The notes beneath the pieces are model-generated. The model was not told the origin of the DNA, did not search any database, and saw only the letters and a program-made list of their open reading frames with translations. Positions 1-9,557 of a stretch of DNA of 56,967 nucleotides are shown here, one piece after another. Origin of the DNA: Deltaproteobacteria bacterium (GTDB lineage Bacteria > Desulfobacterota > Dissulfuribacteria > Dissulfuribacterales > UBA3076); the NCBI GenBank assembly GCA_027004715.1, contig JALTHG010000068.1, forward strand, positions 1 through 56,967, read 5' to 3'. Each line of letters starts with the position of its first letter. Within the stretch, counting starts at the first letter, position 1. A program made the translations under genes and the position numbers.

Positions 1-1
1 C

Positions 2-682
2 AGAGGTCAGAAGACAGAAGACAGATGGGGGCATTTGGAGGGCCTCTTTAGAAGAGATATAGACATAGATATCTCTGAGAATCCCCACCTCCTTGTCATT
101 ACCTGGTGCCTCATCAGGCCATTATTCAGGCTGTACTTTTTGTTAGACCTCCAGGGGACAAAAGATATTCCCAGGCCTCCATATATCATGGCCCCAAACC
201 ACCAGAGCTACCTGGATGGCTTTCTGGTACTGGCCTCTCTGCCCCTCAGGCTGGTAAAGAGTACCTATTTTATAGCTACAGAGGAGCTCTTTAGATCAAA
301 ACTGAGGAAATATATTGCAAGGCAGGCCCATATACTCACTCTGGATATCAACAGAAATTTGAGGGATTCTCTGGAAAAGAGTGCCATGCTCTTAAAGGGA
401 AAGAGGGTGGTAGTGATCTTTCCAGAGGGTGCCAGGACAAGAGATGGGAATTTGATGCAATTCAAAAAGGCATTTGCCATACTCAGTAAAGAACTCAATG
501 TGCCCGTGGTCCCAATATGCATTAAAGGGGCTTATGAATCTTTCCCCATAGGTGCTATGTTTCCAAGGCCATATAAGATCAGGGTTAGATTTCTGCCTGC
601 TATATATCCTGATGTCATGGGATATCAAGAGATTGCCAATAGCACCAGGGAGGCGATAGAGAGATGCATGGGGACACTGTGA
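2..682 (+). CDS. PlsC-family acyltransferase (1-acyl-sn-glycerol-3-phosphate acyltransferase-like), 5' end probably cut by the window edge
   Basis: The frame is open from position 2, with no stop before the TTG at 35. Acyltransferase HX4D block NHQSYLD and FPEGARTRDG block are present. Confidence 0.8.
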   Translation, partial: RGQKTEDRWGHLEGLFRRDIDIDISENPHLLVITWCLIRPLFRLYFLLDLQGTKDIPRPPYIMAPNHQSYLDGFLVLASLPLRLVKSTYFIATEELFRSKLRKYIARQAHILTLDINRNLRDSLEKSAMLLKGKRVVVIFPEGARTRDGNLMQFKKAFAILSKELNVPVVPICIKGAYESFPIGAMFPRPYKIRVRFLPAIYPDVMGYQEIANSTREAIERCMGTL

Positions 683-960
683 ATCATATAAATAGCTATT
701 GGGTGACTATGGGCTTTATTGCCCAGATAATCTTTTCTTCAAGATTCTTTGTACAGTGGATAGCCAGCGAGAGGGCAGGCAAGAGCGTTGTCCCTGTCTT
801 GTTCTGGTATCTGAGTCTCATAGGCTCTATCCTGCTCCTGATCTATGCAATATATCGCCGAGATCCGGTCTTTATTTTTGGCCAGGGGGGTGGAGTAATT
901 ATCTACAGCCGGAACCTGTATTTGATCTGGCGTGAGAAAAAGCGATCTCGCACAGATTAA
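664..960 (+). CDS. Lipid-A-disaccharide synthase N-terminal (LAB_N) domain membrane protein
   Basis: 98 aa with three hydrophobic helices. FFVQWIASERAGKSVVPVLFWYLSLIGS...IYAIYRRDPVFI is typical of the LAB_N family. Overlaps the upstream gene by 19 nt. Confidence 0.7.
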   Translation: MHGDTVNHINSYWVTMGFIAQIIFSSRFFVQWIASERAGKSVVPVLFWYLSLIGSILLLIYAIYRRDPVFIFGQGGGVIIYSRNLYLIWREKKRSRTD

Positions 961-3038
961 TCCAGTGCCTGGGCAAATTGCCTCTGTACTTTCTCAATCA
1001 TCTTGGTCTGGCAGAGGACAGTGACCTGATCTCCGGGCATGACTATAGTATCTCCATCTGGGATGATCACGGAGCCGTCTTTACGCTCAATAGACACTAC
1101 AGTGGTATTTTGGGGCAATCTTATATCGGCCAGGCGCTTATTACTGCATACAGAATCAGGATGGACCTTAATTTCAGTAAATTCAACGCCACTTATATTA
1201 CGGAGTGCCATGCGTTCTCGGGCGTACTGTCTATGTTGTTTTCGTAAAAGCCCTATGTCATAGGCCCTCATAATGTCACTGAGACTGATGAGCCCAACCA
1301 GTTTGTGCTCATCATCTCGTGAGACCACAGGGAGCCTTGCAAGGTCTCTTGGCGCCATCTTGCGTATGGCAACCCAGATGGGTTCATCTGGAAATACTGT
1401 GACAGGTTCTGGTATGGCCACATCACCTATCTTTAGGTCCTGGATCTTGACGCCCTCTTTCGAGAGTGTCCGTTCCATGTCCTGCAGGCTGACCATACCA
1501 TAGAGGTCTCCATTATTGTCCATGACAGGAAAGGCGTAGAGATGGGTCTCATGGAAGAGGGCAAAGAGCTCGGATAGGGACTGGTCTTTTTGCACTGTGA
1601 CCGGTGCAGAGTTCATGACCTCTTCTACCAGGACTCCCTGCATAATATCCAGGTCCCTTCCCTGGTCAAACTGGATCCCCCTCTTGGTCAATTTCAAGGT
1701 ATAGATGGAGTCAGGGAATATCCACTGGGCAAGGCTTGATCCAATAATGGTTGCGGTCATAAGAGGTAATATCAGGTGGTAGTCACCGCTCATCTCAAAG
1801 ACAATAAGTATAGATGTGAGAGGGGCACGTGCCGCTGCGGCAAAGACTGCGGCCATTCCAACCAGGGCATAGGCCCCTAATGGTCCTGTAATACCTGGCA
1901 GGAATGCCCTGGCAATGTGCCCAAAGGCCCCACCAAGCATAGCCCCAGTAAATAGGGATGGCGAAAAGATGCCCCCAGAATTTCCAGAGCCCAGGGTGAA
2001 GGATGTGGCCAGGGGTTTGAGAAGGATCAAGACAGCGAGGAGCCAGAGGGATGGACTACCCTGCAGGGCAAGTTCCATAAATGGAAATCCTGTACAATAG
2101 ATGTGAGGCATATTATCTATCAGGGGCAGACCTATATGGAATGCCCTGGCAGAGACAGGCAAGACCATATAGAGATAGGGATACAGAAAGGCAAGGATAC
2201 CTAAAAGCAAGGCACCAACAGCAGGCTTTATGGCCTGAGAGACCCCCCAGTTATCAAATAGTTCCTCAAAGGTGTCAAGCATCTTGATAAACATGACACC
2301 AATCAGTGCAGATAGGAGGCCCAGGAGTACATATAGTGGGATCTCCCAGAGTGAACGCATGCTATAGCTTGGAATATCAAAGGCAGGGCTGGCCCCCAGA
2401 AAGATTCGGCTGATAATACTAGAGCATACGGCCGAGATAACCACATTGCCGAACATAACTATTCCGTGTTCGGTCATCAGTAGCTCTGCCGCAAAGGCCA
2501 CGCCAGCAATAGGTGCATTGAAGGTAGCCGCAATACCTGCTGCCGATCCACAGGCCACCAGATTTTTGATGCGGCTACCCGAAAGGTGCAGCCACTGACC
2601 AATAGAAGACCCCAGGGTAGCCCCTACCTGAACTATAGGTCCCTCTCTTCCGGCTGAGCCACCTGTCCCAATACAGAGAGCAGAGGCAAAGATCTTTGCT
2701 GCAGCGACCCTCGGACGGATACGACCGCTATGTAGGACCAGGGCCTGCATGACTTCAGGTACGCCGTGTCCCTTGGCCTCCATAGCAAAATAGGCAATAA
2801 TTGGCCCCCCTATGAGGGCACCCAATATAGGGATAATGACAAACCACAGACGCCCCAGGGATGGATAGAGACCCACTACTTTGATATAGGAGTAGTCCTG
2901 TATGATAGCGATAAGCTTGATAAAAAAGACAGCGGCAGACCCAGTCCCAATCCCTACTATGACAGCCATGACCATCATAATCAGCCCTTCCTTGGGGACT
3001 AAGCGGTCCAAGAGATCTGTCACGTAGTGTCTTGACAT
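957..3038 (-). CDS. ClC-family chloride channel / H+-Cl- antiporter with C-terminal CBS pair and TrkA-C domain
   Basis: GSAGREGP and GGIFSPS selectivity-filter motifs, multiple TM helices, two CBS-like repeats, and a C-terminal RLADIRLP...PGDQVTVL TrkA-C-like segment. Confidence 0.9.
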   Translation of the reverse strand: MSRHYVTDLLDRLVPKEGLIMMVMAVIVGIGTGSAAVFFIKLIAIIQDYSYIKVVGLYPSLGRLWFVIIPILGALIGGPIIAYFAMEAKGHGVPEVMQALVLHSGRIRPRVAAAKIFASALCIGTGGSAGREGPIVQVGATLGSSIGQWLHLSGSRIKNLVACGSAAGIAATFNAPIAGVAFAAELLMTEHGIVMFGNVVISAVCSSIISRIFLGASPAFDIPSYSMRSLWEIPLYVLLGLLSALIGVMFIKMLDTFEELFDNWGVSQAIKPAVGALLLGILAFLYPYLYMVLPVSARAFHIGLPLIDNMPHIYCTGFPFMELALQGSPSLWLLAVLILLKPLATSFTLGSGNSGGIFSPSLFTGAMLGGAFGHIARAFLPGITGPLGAYALVGMAAVFAAAARAPLTSILIVFEMSGDYHLILPLMTATIIGSSLAQWIFPDSIYTLKLTKRGIQFDQGRDLDIMQGVLVEEVMNSAPVTVQKDQSLSELFALFHETHLYAFPVMDNNGDLYGMVSLQDMERTLSKEGVKIQDLKIGDVAIPEPVTVFPDEPIWVAIRKMAPRDLARLPVVSRDDEHKLVGLISLSDIMRAYDIGLLRKQHRQYARERMALRNISGVEFTEIKVHPDSVCSNKRLADIRLPQNTTVVSIERKDGSVIIPDGDTIVMPGDQVTVLCQTKMIEKVQRQFAQALD

Positions 3039-3106
3039 GGGTATAGGTTAAATAAATCCTATGAATGGTCTATATTTAGAGCAATTTTCATTACTGACCT
3101 CTTTAT

Positions 3107-4414
3107 CTATTCTTCATTAGAGCTATTCATGCTAAAGAGGCGACGGGCAACATCCAAAATTATCTCTCCATCTTTATTCTGGGCCCCTTTCTTGAGACAG
3201 ATTATGGGATCATGGAGTATCTTCTGCATCATGGACCTGGTAAGTATGTCTAAGGCCTTTTGCTGCTCGTCATTCAGAGACTTTATGACCTTATAGCTGC
3301 GCGAGAGTTCTCTCTGTCTTATTGCCTCTGCCTTTTTCTGGAGAAAATGGATTACAGGTATTACGTCCAGAGTCTCCATCCAAGACATGAACTTGATTAC
3401 CTCAGCCTCCACCATACGCTCGGCCTTAATGGCCTCCTTCTTACGCTCGGCCTTATTGAATTCTATAACTCCCTTCAGGTCATCTATATCGTATAGATAG
3501 ACGTTATCTAGTTCATGGATCTTTGGGTCTATATCTCTTGGCACTGCAATGTCAATGAAGAACAGGAGACGATGGTGCCTTGGACGCATGATGCGCCTCA
3601 CCTGGTCTTTCTTGAGGATGAGGCCAGGGGCACCTGTAGAGCTTATGACTATATCTACGTCCAGGAGTGCATCCTCTATCTCTTCAAGAGATATGGCAGT
3701 CCCATCAAGAGACCTGGCAAGTTCCACTGCCCTACTGAGGGTACGATTGGCCACTACCAGTTTTTTGGCCCCATTGCTGATAAGGTGCTGTGCTGCCAGC
3801 TCTGCCATCTCTCCTGCACCTATCAGCATAGCATTTTTGTCTTTAAGGTCCCCAAAGATCTTTTTTGCGAGCTCAACCGCAGCATAGCTGATAGAGACGG
3901 CCTGGCTTGCGATCCTGGTCTCAGTTCTGATCCTCTTGGCTACAGAAAAGGCCTTGCATAACAGACGATTGAGAACCAGACCCGCAGTCTTTTCCTTTAA
4001 GGCCATGTTGTATGCATCCTTGAGTTGACCAAGGATCTGAGGTTCTCCTACGACCATTGAATCCAGGCTGGATGCCACTCTAAAGAGGTGCTTAATGGCC
4101 TCTGTGCCTTCATATTCATAGAGGCTTTTTGTGAGTGTGCCGGGATCTAATCTCCCCTTCTTTAGCCATAGCTCCTTTATAGACCTCTTGACTCCATCCA
4201 GGTGCCTGCTAGAGACCAGGACCTCTACCCTGTTACAGGTAGACAGGAATACCACCTCTTCGCATAGAGGGAGATCGGCGAACAGTCTCAAGGCAGGGGG
4301 ATCGCTATCGCGCAGGGCAAGATGCTCCCTCACCTCTACAGGTGCAGTCCTATGATTCACTCCTAAAAGGACTATCTGTGGTCTATTTGAACCAGGTGGC
4401 ATAGGAATGTGCAC
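3107..4414 (-). CDS. hemA: Glutamyl-tRNA reductase
   Basis: LSTCNRVEV active-site Cys motif, GAGEMAELAA NADPH fold and typical length. The first codon is GTG at 4414, with an alternative ATG at 4402. Overlaps the upstream ccsA-like gene. Confidence 0.92.
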   Translation of the reverse strand: MHIPMPPGSNRPQIVLLGVNHRTAPVEVREHLALRDSDPPALRLFADLPLCEEVVFLSTCNRVEVLVSSRHLDGVKRSIKELWLKKGRLDPGTLTKSLYEYEGTEAIKHLFRVASSLDSMVVGEPQILGQLKDAYNMALKEKTAGLVLNRLLCKAFSVAKRIRTETRIASQAVSISYAAVELAKKIFGDLKDKNAMLIGAGEMAELAAQHLISNGAKKLVVANRTLSRAVELARSLDGTAISLEEIEDALLDVDIVISSTGAPGLILKKDQVRRIMRPRHHRLLFFIDIAVPRDIDPKIHELDNVYLYDIDDLKGVIEFNKAERKKEAIKAERMVEAEVIKFMSWMETLDVIPVIHFLQKKAEAIRQRELSRSYKVIKSLNDEQQKALDILTRSMMQKILHDPIICLKKGAQNKDGEIILDVARRLFSMNSSNEE

Positions 4415-5210
4415 CAGAAAGTAATAGACTTACTCCTAAAAAGGTAAATATCAGCACTGCAAAACCTACTAAGGTCATAATTGCTGCCTTACGACCCCGC
4501 CAGCCCACTGTAAGCCGTTGATGTAAAAGGGCCGCATAGATAAACCAGGTAATCAGTGACCATGTCTCTTTGGGGTCCCAGCTCCAATAAGATCCCCAGG
4601 CCTCTTCGGCCCAGATGGATCCAGTGACTATCCCCAGGGTCAATAGGGGAAATCCCCATGTCAGACATCGCCTATTCATACTATCTAAGGCCTCGAGAGA
4701 GGGCAGCCTCTGGAATATGGCCCCCAGCCGTTTGTTCTTTATCTGTCTCTCCTGGATCAAGAACATGACAGCACCACAGGCTGCCAGGGCAAAAATGGCA
4801 TCTGCACACAGACAGATAATGGCATGAATGGGAAGCCAGATGCTCCTGAGCGCAGGAGGAAGGGGGACTATTGCCTTTGACTGGAGAGAGGATCCAGTCA
4901 TTATGACCATGGCAAGGGGCACTACAAAGGCCCCAAAGGACTTCAACTTGCTCTGCCATTGGAACAGGAGAAATAAACCAACTATGGCCCAGGCCAGGAA
5001 GGACAGAGAGTCATAGAGGTTGACAAATGGGGGATGCCCCCCTGCCAACCAGCGCATCAATAGGGATATGGTATGGAGTCCAAAGCCAGCGCCCAGGAAT
5101 ATAGTGGCAATCCTCTCTACATCCTTTCTGAGAGTAATGACCTGCATAAAAAAGCCAATCGTGCTGACGAAGTATATAAATATTGCAATTTGAAAAAAGA
5201 AATTATGCAT
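4383..5210 (-). CDS. CcsA/HemX-type cytochrome c assembly-family membrane protein (paralog inside the hemA operon)
   Basis: Polytopic membrane protein with the Trp-rich heme-handling motif WGSYWSWDPKETWSLITW. Its position directly upstream of hemA resembles hemX in hemAX operons. Confidence 0.8.
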   Translation of the reverse strand: MHNFFFQIAIFIYFVSTIGFFMQVITLRKDVERIATIFLGAGFGLHTISLLMRWLAGGHPPFVNLYDSLSFLAWAIVGLFLLFQWQSKLKSFGAFVVPLAMVIMTGSSLQSKAIVPLPPALRSIWLPIHAIICLCADAIFALAACGAVMFLIQERQIKNKRLGAIFQRLPSLEALDSMNRRCLTWGFPLLTLGIVTGSIWAEEAWGSYWSWDPKETWSLITWFIYAALLHQRLTVGWRGRKAAIMTLVGFAVLIFTFLGVSLLLSGAHSYATWFK

Positions 5211-5218
5211 ATGAGATC

Positions 5219-5911
5219 TCAGGGATCTGCTACTGATTCAAATTTCGAGACTATATTGGCGGCCTCTTTGCCACAGAGAGAGATTGCCCATCTCTCTATT
5301 TTATCCCATTTATCATCTTTAATCCAGACTAATACCCTGGGATCTGCAAGTGACTTGCATAGCCTCTTCCTGGTCTTTGGGTCTGAATAAGACCTCTTAA
5401 TCACCTGTCTGAGCTCTCCCAGAAGGGAGACATAGCCAACATAAAACGGACCCAGATTTTTCTCAATCTCTTTCCGGAGGTGCTGGGCAAGTGCAGGGCT
5501 CTTGCCACCAGTAGATATGGCCAGACAGAGGTCTCCACGCCTGACCATAGAAGAGACTATAAAGCTACAGAGTTCTGGTTGATCTACTACATTACAGAAA
5601 ATTTTGTGTTCCGATGCCTCTCTGTATATGGCCTTTTGTGTGGCAGGGTCATCCGTAGCAGCGATCACTAGCCAGGCGCTATCTAGATCCCCCTGGGTAA
5701 AGGCCCTTGACACATGGTCTATCAGGCCTTCTGAGGCCCATTGCTCAAGGGCCTTTGTGATCTTTGGACTTATGACCTTTATGAGGGCATGGGTCTCTAA
5801 GAGCCCTTTCACTTTGCGTTCAGCAACACCTCCCCCACCGACAACAACTACCTCTTTTTTTCTCAGATCGATAAATATGGGATAATAGACCTGGTGTAAG
5901 ACATCTTTCAT
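5219..5911 (-). CDS. Precorrin-2 dehydrogenase / sirohydrochlorin ferrochelatase (SirC / CysG N-terminal type)
   Basis: N-terminal Rossmann motif VVVVGGGGVAERKV, about 230 aa, with the siroheme synthase N-terminal domain architecture. Confidence 0.85.
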   Translation of the reverse strand: MKDVLHQVYYPIFIDLRKKEVVVVGGGGVAERKVKGLLETHALIKVISPKITKALEQWASEGLIDHVSRAFTQGDLDSAWLVIAATDDPATQKAIYREASEHKIFCNVVDQPELCSFIVSSMVRRGDLCLAISTGGKSPALAQHLRKEIEKNLGPFYVGYVSLLGELRQVIKRSYSDPKTRKRLCKSLADPRVLVWIKDDKWDKIERWAISLCGKEAANIVSKFESVADP

Positions 5912-5962
5912 AAAGACTCCTGTTTGGAAAAGACCAGAATCAGATTAGATGTAAGCGTCCGG

Positions 5963-5981
5963 AAGGATGTGAACAGTTACG
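5963..5981 (+). repeat. GTAAC-arm repeat family: solo right arm
   Basis: aaGGATGTGAACAGTTACg, between tatC and sirC. Confidence 0.7.
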
Positions 5982-6020
5982 ATCATATAATATCAGGACG
6001 CTATAGATGAGGCAACAGAC

Positions 6021-6764
6021 CTAATCACCTGGTCTGAACCACCTGGCAAACAATATCCCGATCTCATATATGCCTATCAGGGGGAAACTCAGCAGGATCT
6101 GGGAGAAGATATCTGTTGGGACGAGCAGTACTGCCAATAGATACAGGGCTATATAACTGGCCTTTCGGTGCATTATAAAATATCTTTCTGGCACAATGTT
6201 GCAATGGACGGCAAAGGCCATCAGAAAGGGTATCTCAAATATCAGACCAAATATAAGGATAGTCTTGAGAGAAAAGACCAGGTAATTTTGGAGCCTTGGC
6301 ATTGCCACCAGATCTTTGGTTGCAAAGCTGAGGGTAATAGAGAATGCAACAGGCATTATGACCCAATAACCAAACAGGCCTCCCAGGATGAAGAGCCCTA
6401 GTCCCCAATACACGAGGTGCCTTGTATACTTTTTTTCCCTGTCATAGAGTCCAGGGGCTACAAATTCCCAGATTTGATAGAGGATCATAGGAGTAGAGAG
6501 GATAATAGCGGTCCAGAATGCGACCTTCAGGTAGGTCATAAAGCCCTCTGTGAGGGCAGTAAATATCATAGGACTGCCAGGTGGCAGTGCCCTGCGGACA
6601 GGATAGAATAGCCAGGATACCAGGTAATCTGAGAAGAACCAAGAGATCACAAAGGCTATGGCTATTGTGACAGAACAGATTATCAGGCGACGCCTTAGTT
6701 CATTGAGGTGTACCTTGAGGGGGGAGTGACTGGAAGACATATCGTCGGGTATAGCATTCAACAA
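6021..6764 (-). CDS. tatC: Twin-arginine translocase subunit TatC
   Basis: 247 aa, six-TM profile, with HLNELRRRLI and FEIP..MAF blocks typical of TatC. Confidence 0.92.
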   Translation of the reverse strand: MLNAIPDDMSSSHSPLKVHLNELRRRLIICSVTIAIAFVISWFFSDYLVSWLFYPVRRALPPGSPMIFTALTEGFMTYLKVAFWTAIILSTPMILYQIWEFVAPGLYDREKKYTRHLVYWGLGLFILGGLFGYWVIMPVAFSITLSFATKDLVAMPRLQNYLVFSLKTILIFGLIFEIPFLMAFAVHCNIVPERYFIMHRKASYIALYLLAVLLVPTDIFSQILLSFPLIGIYEIGILFARWFRPGD

Positions 6765-6773
6765 TCTCTTCCC

Positions 6774-7049
6774 CTATTTACTCTCAGAGACTGGAGCCCT
6801 CTTTTTTTCTGTTCTGCTTCCTGTTGCATCCTTTCTGTCTGATCTCATGTTGCCCTGTAGTCCTGGATCCTCTATATCCTTCAAGGTCTCATTGAGGTCG
6901 AGCTGGTTCTTAAACTCTTCTGAGGCCTTTTTTAACTCCCCAACAAATCGCGCAATCTGTCTGGCAACTTGAGGGAGCTTATCTGGTCCAAATACTATAA
7001 GTGCCAGCACCAGGATCAGGAGTAACTCTGGCAGTCCTATATCGAACAT
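6774..7049 (-). CDS. tatB: TatA/TatB-family translocase subunit (TatB-like by length and position)
   Basis: MFDIGLPELLLILVLALIVFGPDKLP N-terminal TM helix plus amphipathic helix. 91 aa, immediately upstream of tatC. Confidence 0.75.
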   Translation of the reverse strand: MFDIGLPELLLILVLALIVFGPDKLPQVARQIARFVGELKKASEEFKNQLDLNETLKDIEDPGLQGNMRSDRKDATGSRTEKKRAPVSESK

Positions 7050-7052
7050 AGA

Positions 7053-8171
7053 CTATCTCCTCTTAAAGAATCTCTTGTTTCTAGTGCCCAACAGGCATAA
7101 GATCTCATAGCTTATTGTATTCCCCCACTGGGCAAGTTCTTCTGCTGTAATGGCCTCTATTCCCTGTCTCCCAAGGAGTACAACCTCCTCGCCAGGTCTT
7201 ACCCCTTCAAGCATTGATACATCTACCATAAAGGCCTTCATACAGATGCGTCCTATCACCGGACAGCGTCTCTCTCTGATAAGCACCCACGCTCTGTTAG
7301 ACAGGGATCTCAGATAGCCATCGTCATAACCTACAGGCACTACCGCGACCCTGGAAGGGCTCCTGGTATGGAAGCTGTGACCATAACTTACAGATGCGCC
7401 CTTAGGGAGGTGACGCACTGCTACAATCTTGCTATAGAAACTCATAGCAGGTCTTAATTCAAGCAATTTTCGGCTCTGAGGCCCTGGATAAGAACCATAA
7501 ATAGCCAGACCTGGACGGACCAGATCATAATGGGCAGAGGGAAAGTGTATCAGACCAGCTGAATTGGCCAGATGTACAAGCAGAGGACTCCAGCCCATAC
7601 CCCTTACCTCTTTCAGGACAGATGCAAAGGTATTGAGTTGTGTCTCATTGAATGTATCAGAGGGATCATCGGCAGAAGAGAGGTGGGAATACAGGCCTTC
7701 AGGCCGCAGATGTGGCCATCTACCTAGATCTCTGACGATCTCAAAGAGTTCATTGGGCAGAAATCCCATACGTCCCATGCCTGTGTCTACCTTTAGATGG
7801 ATCTTGCAGGTCTTATCTTCCCTGGCAGCTACGGACTCAAGCCTATCCAGGGAGGCAAGGTCTGTTATGCCAGGAGTGAGGTCCAGGGCCAGGGCCTCTC
7901 TCTCTGCCCCTGGAGGTAATCCTGCCATGAGCAAGATGGGAAGGTCTATACCTCCATTTCTGAGAGCGATTGCCTCTTCAATCTCTGAGATACCAAATCC
8001 CCACGCACCTGTCCTTTCAAGTACTTGACTTACCTCTAGCATACCATGGCCATAGGCATCAGACTTTACTACTGCTATAATGCCGACCCTGGTATCTACT
8101 AAGAGACTCTTGAGGGTCCTGAAGTTGTGCTCTATGGCCTTGAGGTCTATTTTGATATAATTGTAAGACAT
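7053..8171 (-). CDS. alr: Alanine racemase
   Basis: PLP-lysine motif AVVKSDAYGHG, C-terminal YGH...VPVGYDDGY block, 372 aa. Confidence 0.92.
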   Translation of the reverse strand: MSYNYIKIDLKAIEHNFRTLKSLLVDTRVGIIAVVKSDAYGHGMLEVSQVLERTGAWGFGISEIEEAIALRNGGIDLPILLMAGLPPGAEREALALDLTPGITDLASLDRLESVAAREDKTCKIHLKVDTGMGRMGFLPNELFEIVRDLGRWPHLRPEGLYSHLSSADDPSDTFNETQLNTFASVLKEVRGMGWSPLLVHLANSAGLIHFPSAHYDLVRPGLAIYGSYPGPQSRKLLELRPAMSFYSKIVAVRHLPKGASVSYGHSFHTRSPSRVAVVPVGYDDGYLRSLSNRAWVLIRERRCPVIGRICMKAFMVDVSMLEGVRPGEEVVLLGRQGIEAITAEELAQWGNTISYEILCLLGTRNKRFFKRR

Positions 8172-8354
8172 AATGTCTTTCAGACTGCCTTTTAAGAGCT
8201 ATATACTGCAAAACTATTTCTGCTCAACTATATGTCCATCTATGTATAAATGCATCAGGCCCTCTCTATTATATATAAATGCAAATCATTAACATTAACA
8301 ATATATTCAGTGACTCAATATTCCAGTCAATACAAAAAAATATAGATACTGGGA

Positions 8355-8382
8355 TTGACATCCAGCCTTATAGATTTATCAT
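8355..8382 (+). promoter_or_regulatory. Candidate sigma-70 promoter for the radical SAM / ORP-like operon
   Basis: TTGACA (8355-8360), 16-nt spacer, TATCAT (8377-8382), in an AT-rich divergent region about 180 nt upstream of the ATG at 8563. Confidence 0.4.
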
Positions 8383-8475
8383 ACTAAACTATAGATATGT
8401 ATCTTAATCGATTCTGATTTAAGATAACTGTAACTATACACTGATATAACAGAGACTGTCCTGGCTGGTGTATCA

Positions 8476-8503
8476 TAGCTGTTCACATCCCCGGCCAGCC
8501 GGC
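8476..8503 (+). repeat. GTAAC-arm repeat family: left arm plus GGCCAGC module (truncated)
   Basis: tagCTGTTCACATCCCCGGCCAGCcggc, in the 5' leader of the radical SAM gene. Confidence 0.7.
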
Positions 8504-8562
8504 AGAAGAGAGGTCATAGGGCCCCTGGTTGTGGATTGAGACCTCTTGAGGAATATTGAATT

Positions 8563-9543
8563 ATGACTGGAAGATATCTTTTTGGACCAGTGCCTTCCCG
8601 TCGCTTTGGAAGATCACTGGGTGTAGATCTGTCTATCTATAAGACATGTAGCCTGGACTGTATATTTTGTCAGTTGGGACGGACTACTAAAAAGACACTG
8701 GTAAGACGAGAATATGTACCTACAGATAGGGTAATTGCAGAACTCAGAGAATGGTTGGCAAGAGATGGCAGGGCAGATTATATTACCCTCTCTGGTTCTG
8801 GAGAACCGACGCTTCATTCGCATTTTGGGGATATACTGGAGTTTGTCCGTTCTAATACCACAATCCCTGCTGTGCTTTTGACCAATGGCACCATGCTCTA
8901 TCTCCCAGAGGTACGGGATGCGGCATCGCATGCAGATATAGTGAAGGTCTCTCTGAGTGCCTGGGATGAGACCTCATACTGTTGGGTGAACCGTCCCCAT
9001 CCACAGTTGCACTTTGATCAGCTAATCGAGGGACAAAAGGCCTTTCGTGCACAATTTAAGGGGAAATTATGGATGGAGGTATTCCTGGTCGCTGGTGTAA
9101 ACTCTATGCCCTCTGATGTCAGTAAGATTGCTGCCCTGGCAGAGGAGATCAGGCCAGATCGTATTCACTTAAATACAGTTATTCGACCGCCTGCAGAGGA
9201 ATTCGCCGTGGCCTTGCCTAAAGAACAGGTGGAGGCACTCACTCAGCTATTTCACCCAGTGGCAGAGGTCATTGGAGAATTTAAGGCAAAGTATCCAGAG
9301 CATATGGAGGTGAATCAGGAAACGATCTTTTCCATGCTGCAGCGAAGACCCTGTACAGCGAGACAGATTGCAGATACATTTGGTATGCATCTCAATGAGG
9401 TCTCAAAATACCTCGGAAATCTGATGCGTGGTGGGCAGATTCAGACAGAGCGAAGAGACAGTACTATATACTATGGAGTAGTGAAGACAGAGAATAGAGA
9501 TTATACATATACCTCTAGTACTCTAAGACAAAAAATTCATTAG
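8563..9543 (+). CDS. Radical SAM protein with C-terminal winged-helix-like domain
   Basis: CX3CX2C motif CSLDCIFC near the N-terminus, GSGEPTL SAM-binding block, and C-terminal LQRRPCTARQIADTFGMHLNEVSKYL HTH-like segment. Confidence 0.85.
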   Translation: MTGRYLFGPVPSRRFGRSLGVDLSIYKTCSLDCIFCQLGRTTKKTLVRREYVPTDRVIAELREWLARDGRADYITLSGSGEPTLHSHFGDILEFVRSNTTIPAVLLTNGTMLYLPEVRDAASHADIVKVSLSAWDETSYCWVNRPHPQLHFDQLIEGQKAFRAQFKGKLWMEVFLVAGVNSMPSDVSKIAALAEEIRPDRIHLNTVIRPPAEEFAVALPKEQVEALTQLFHPVAEVIGEFKAKYPEHMEVNQETIFSMLQRRPCTARQIADTFGMHLNEVSKYLGNLMRGGQIQTERRDSTIYYGVVKTENRDYTYTSSTLRQKIH

Positions 9544-9557
9544 GAGGCAAAAATATT

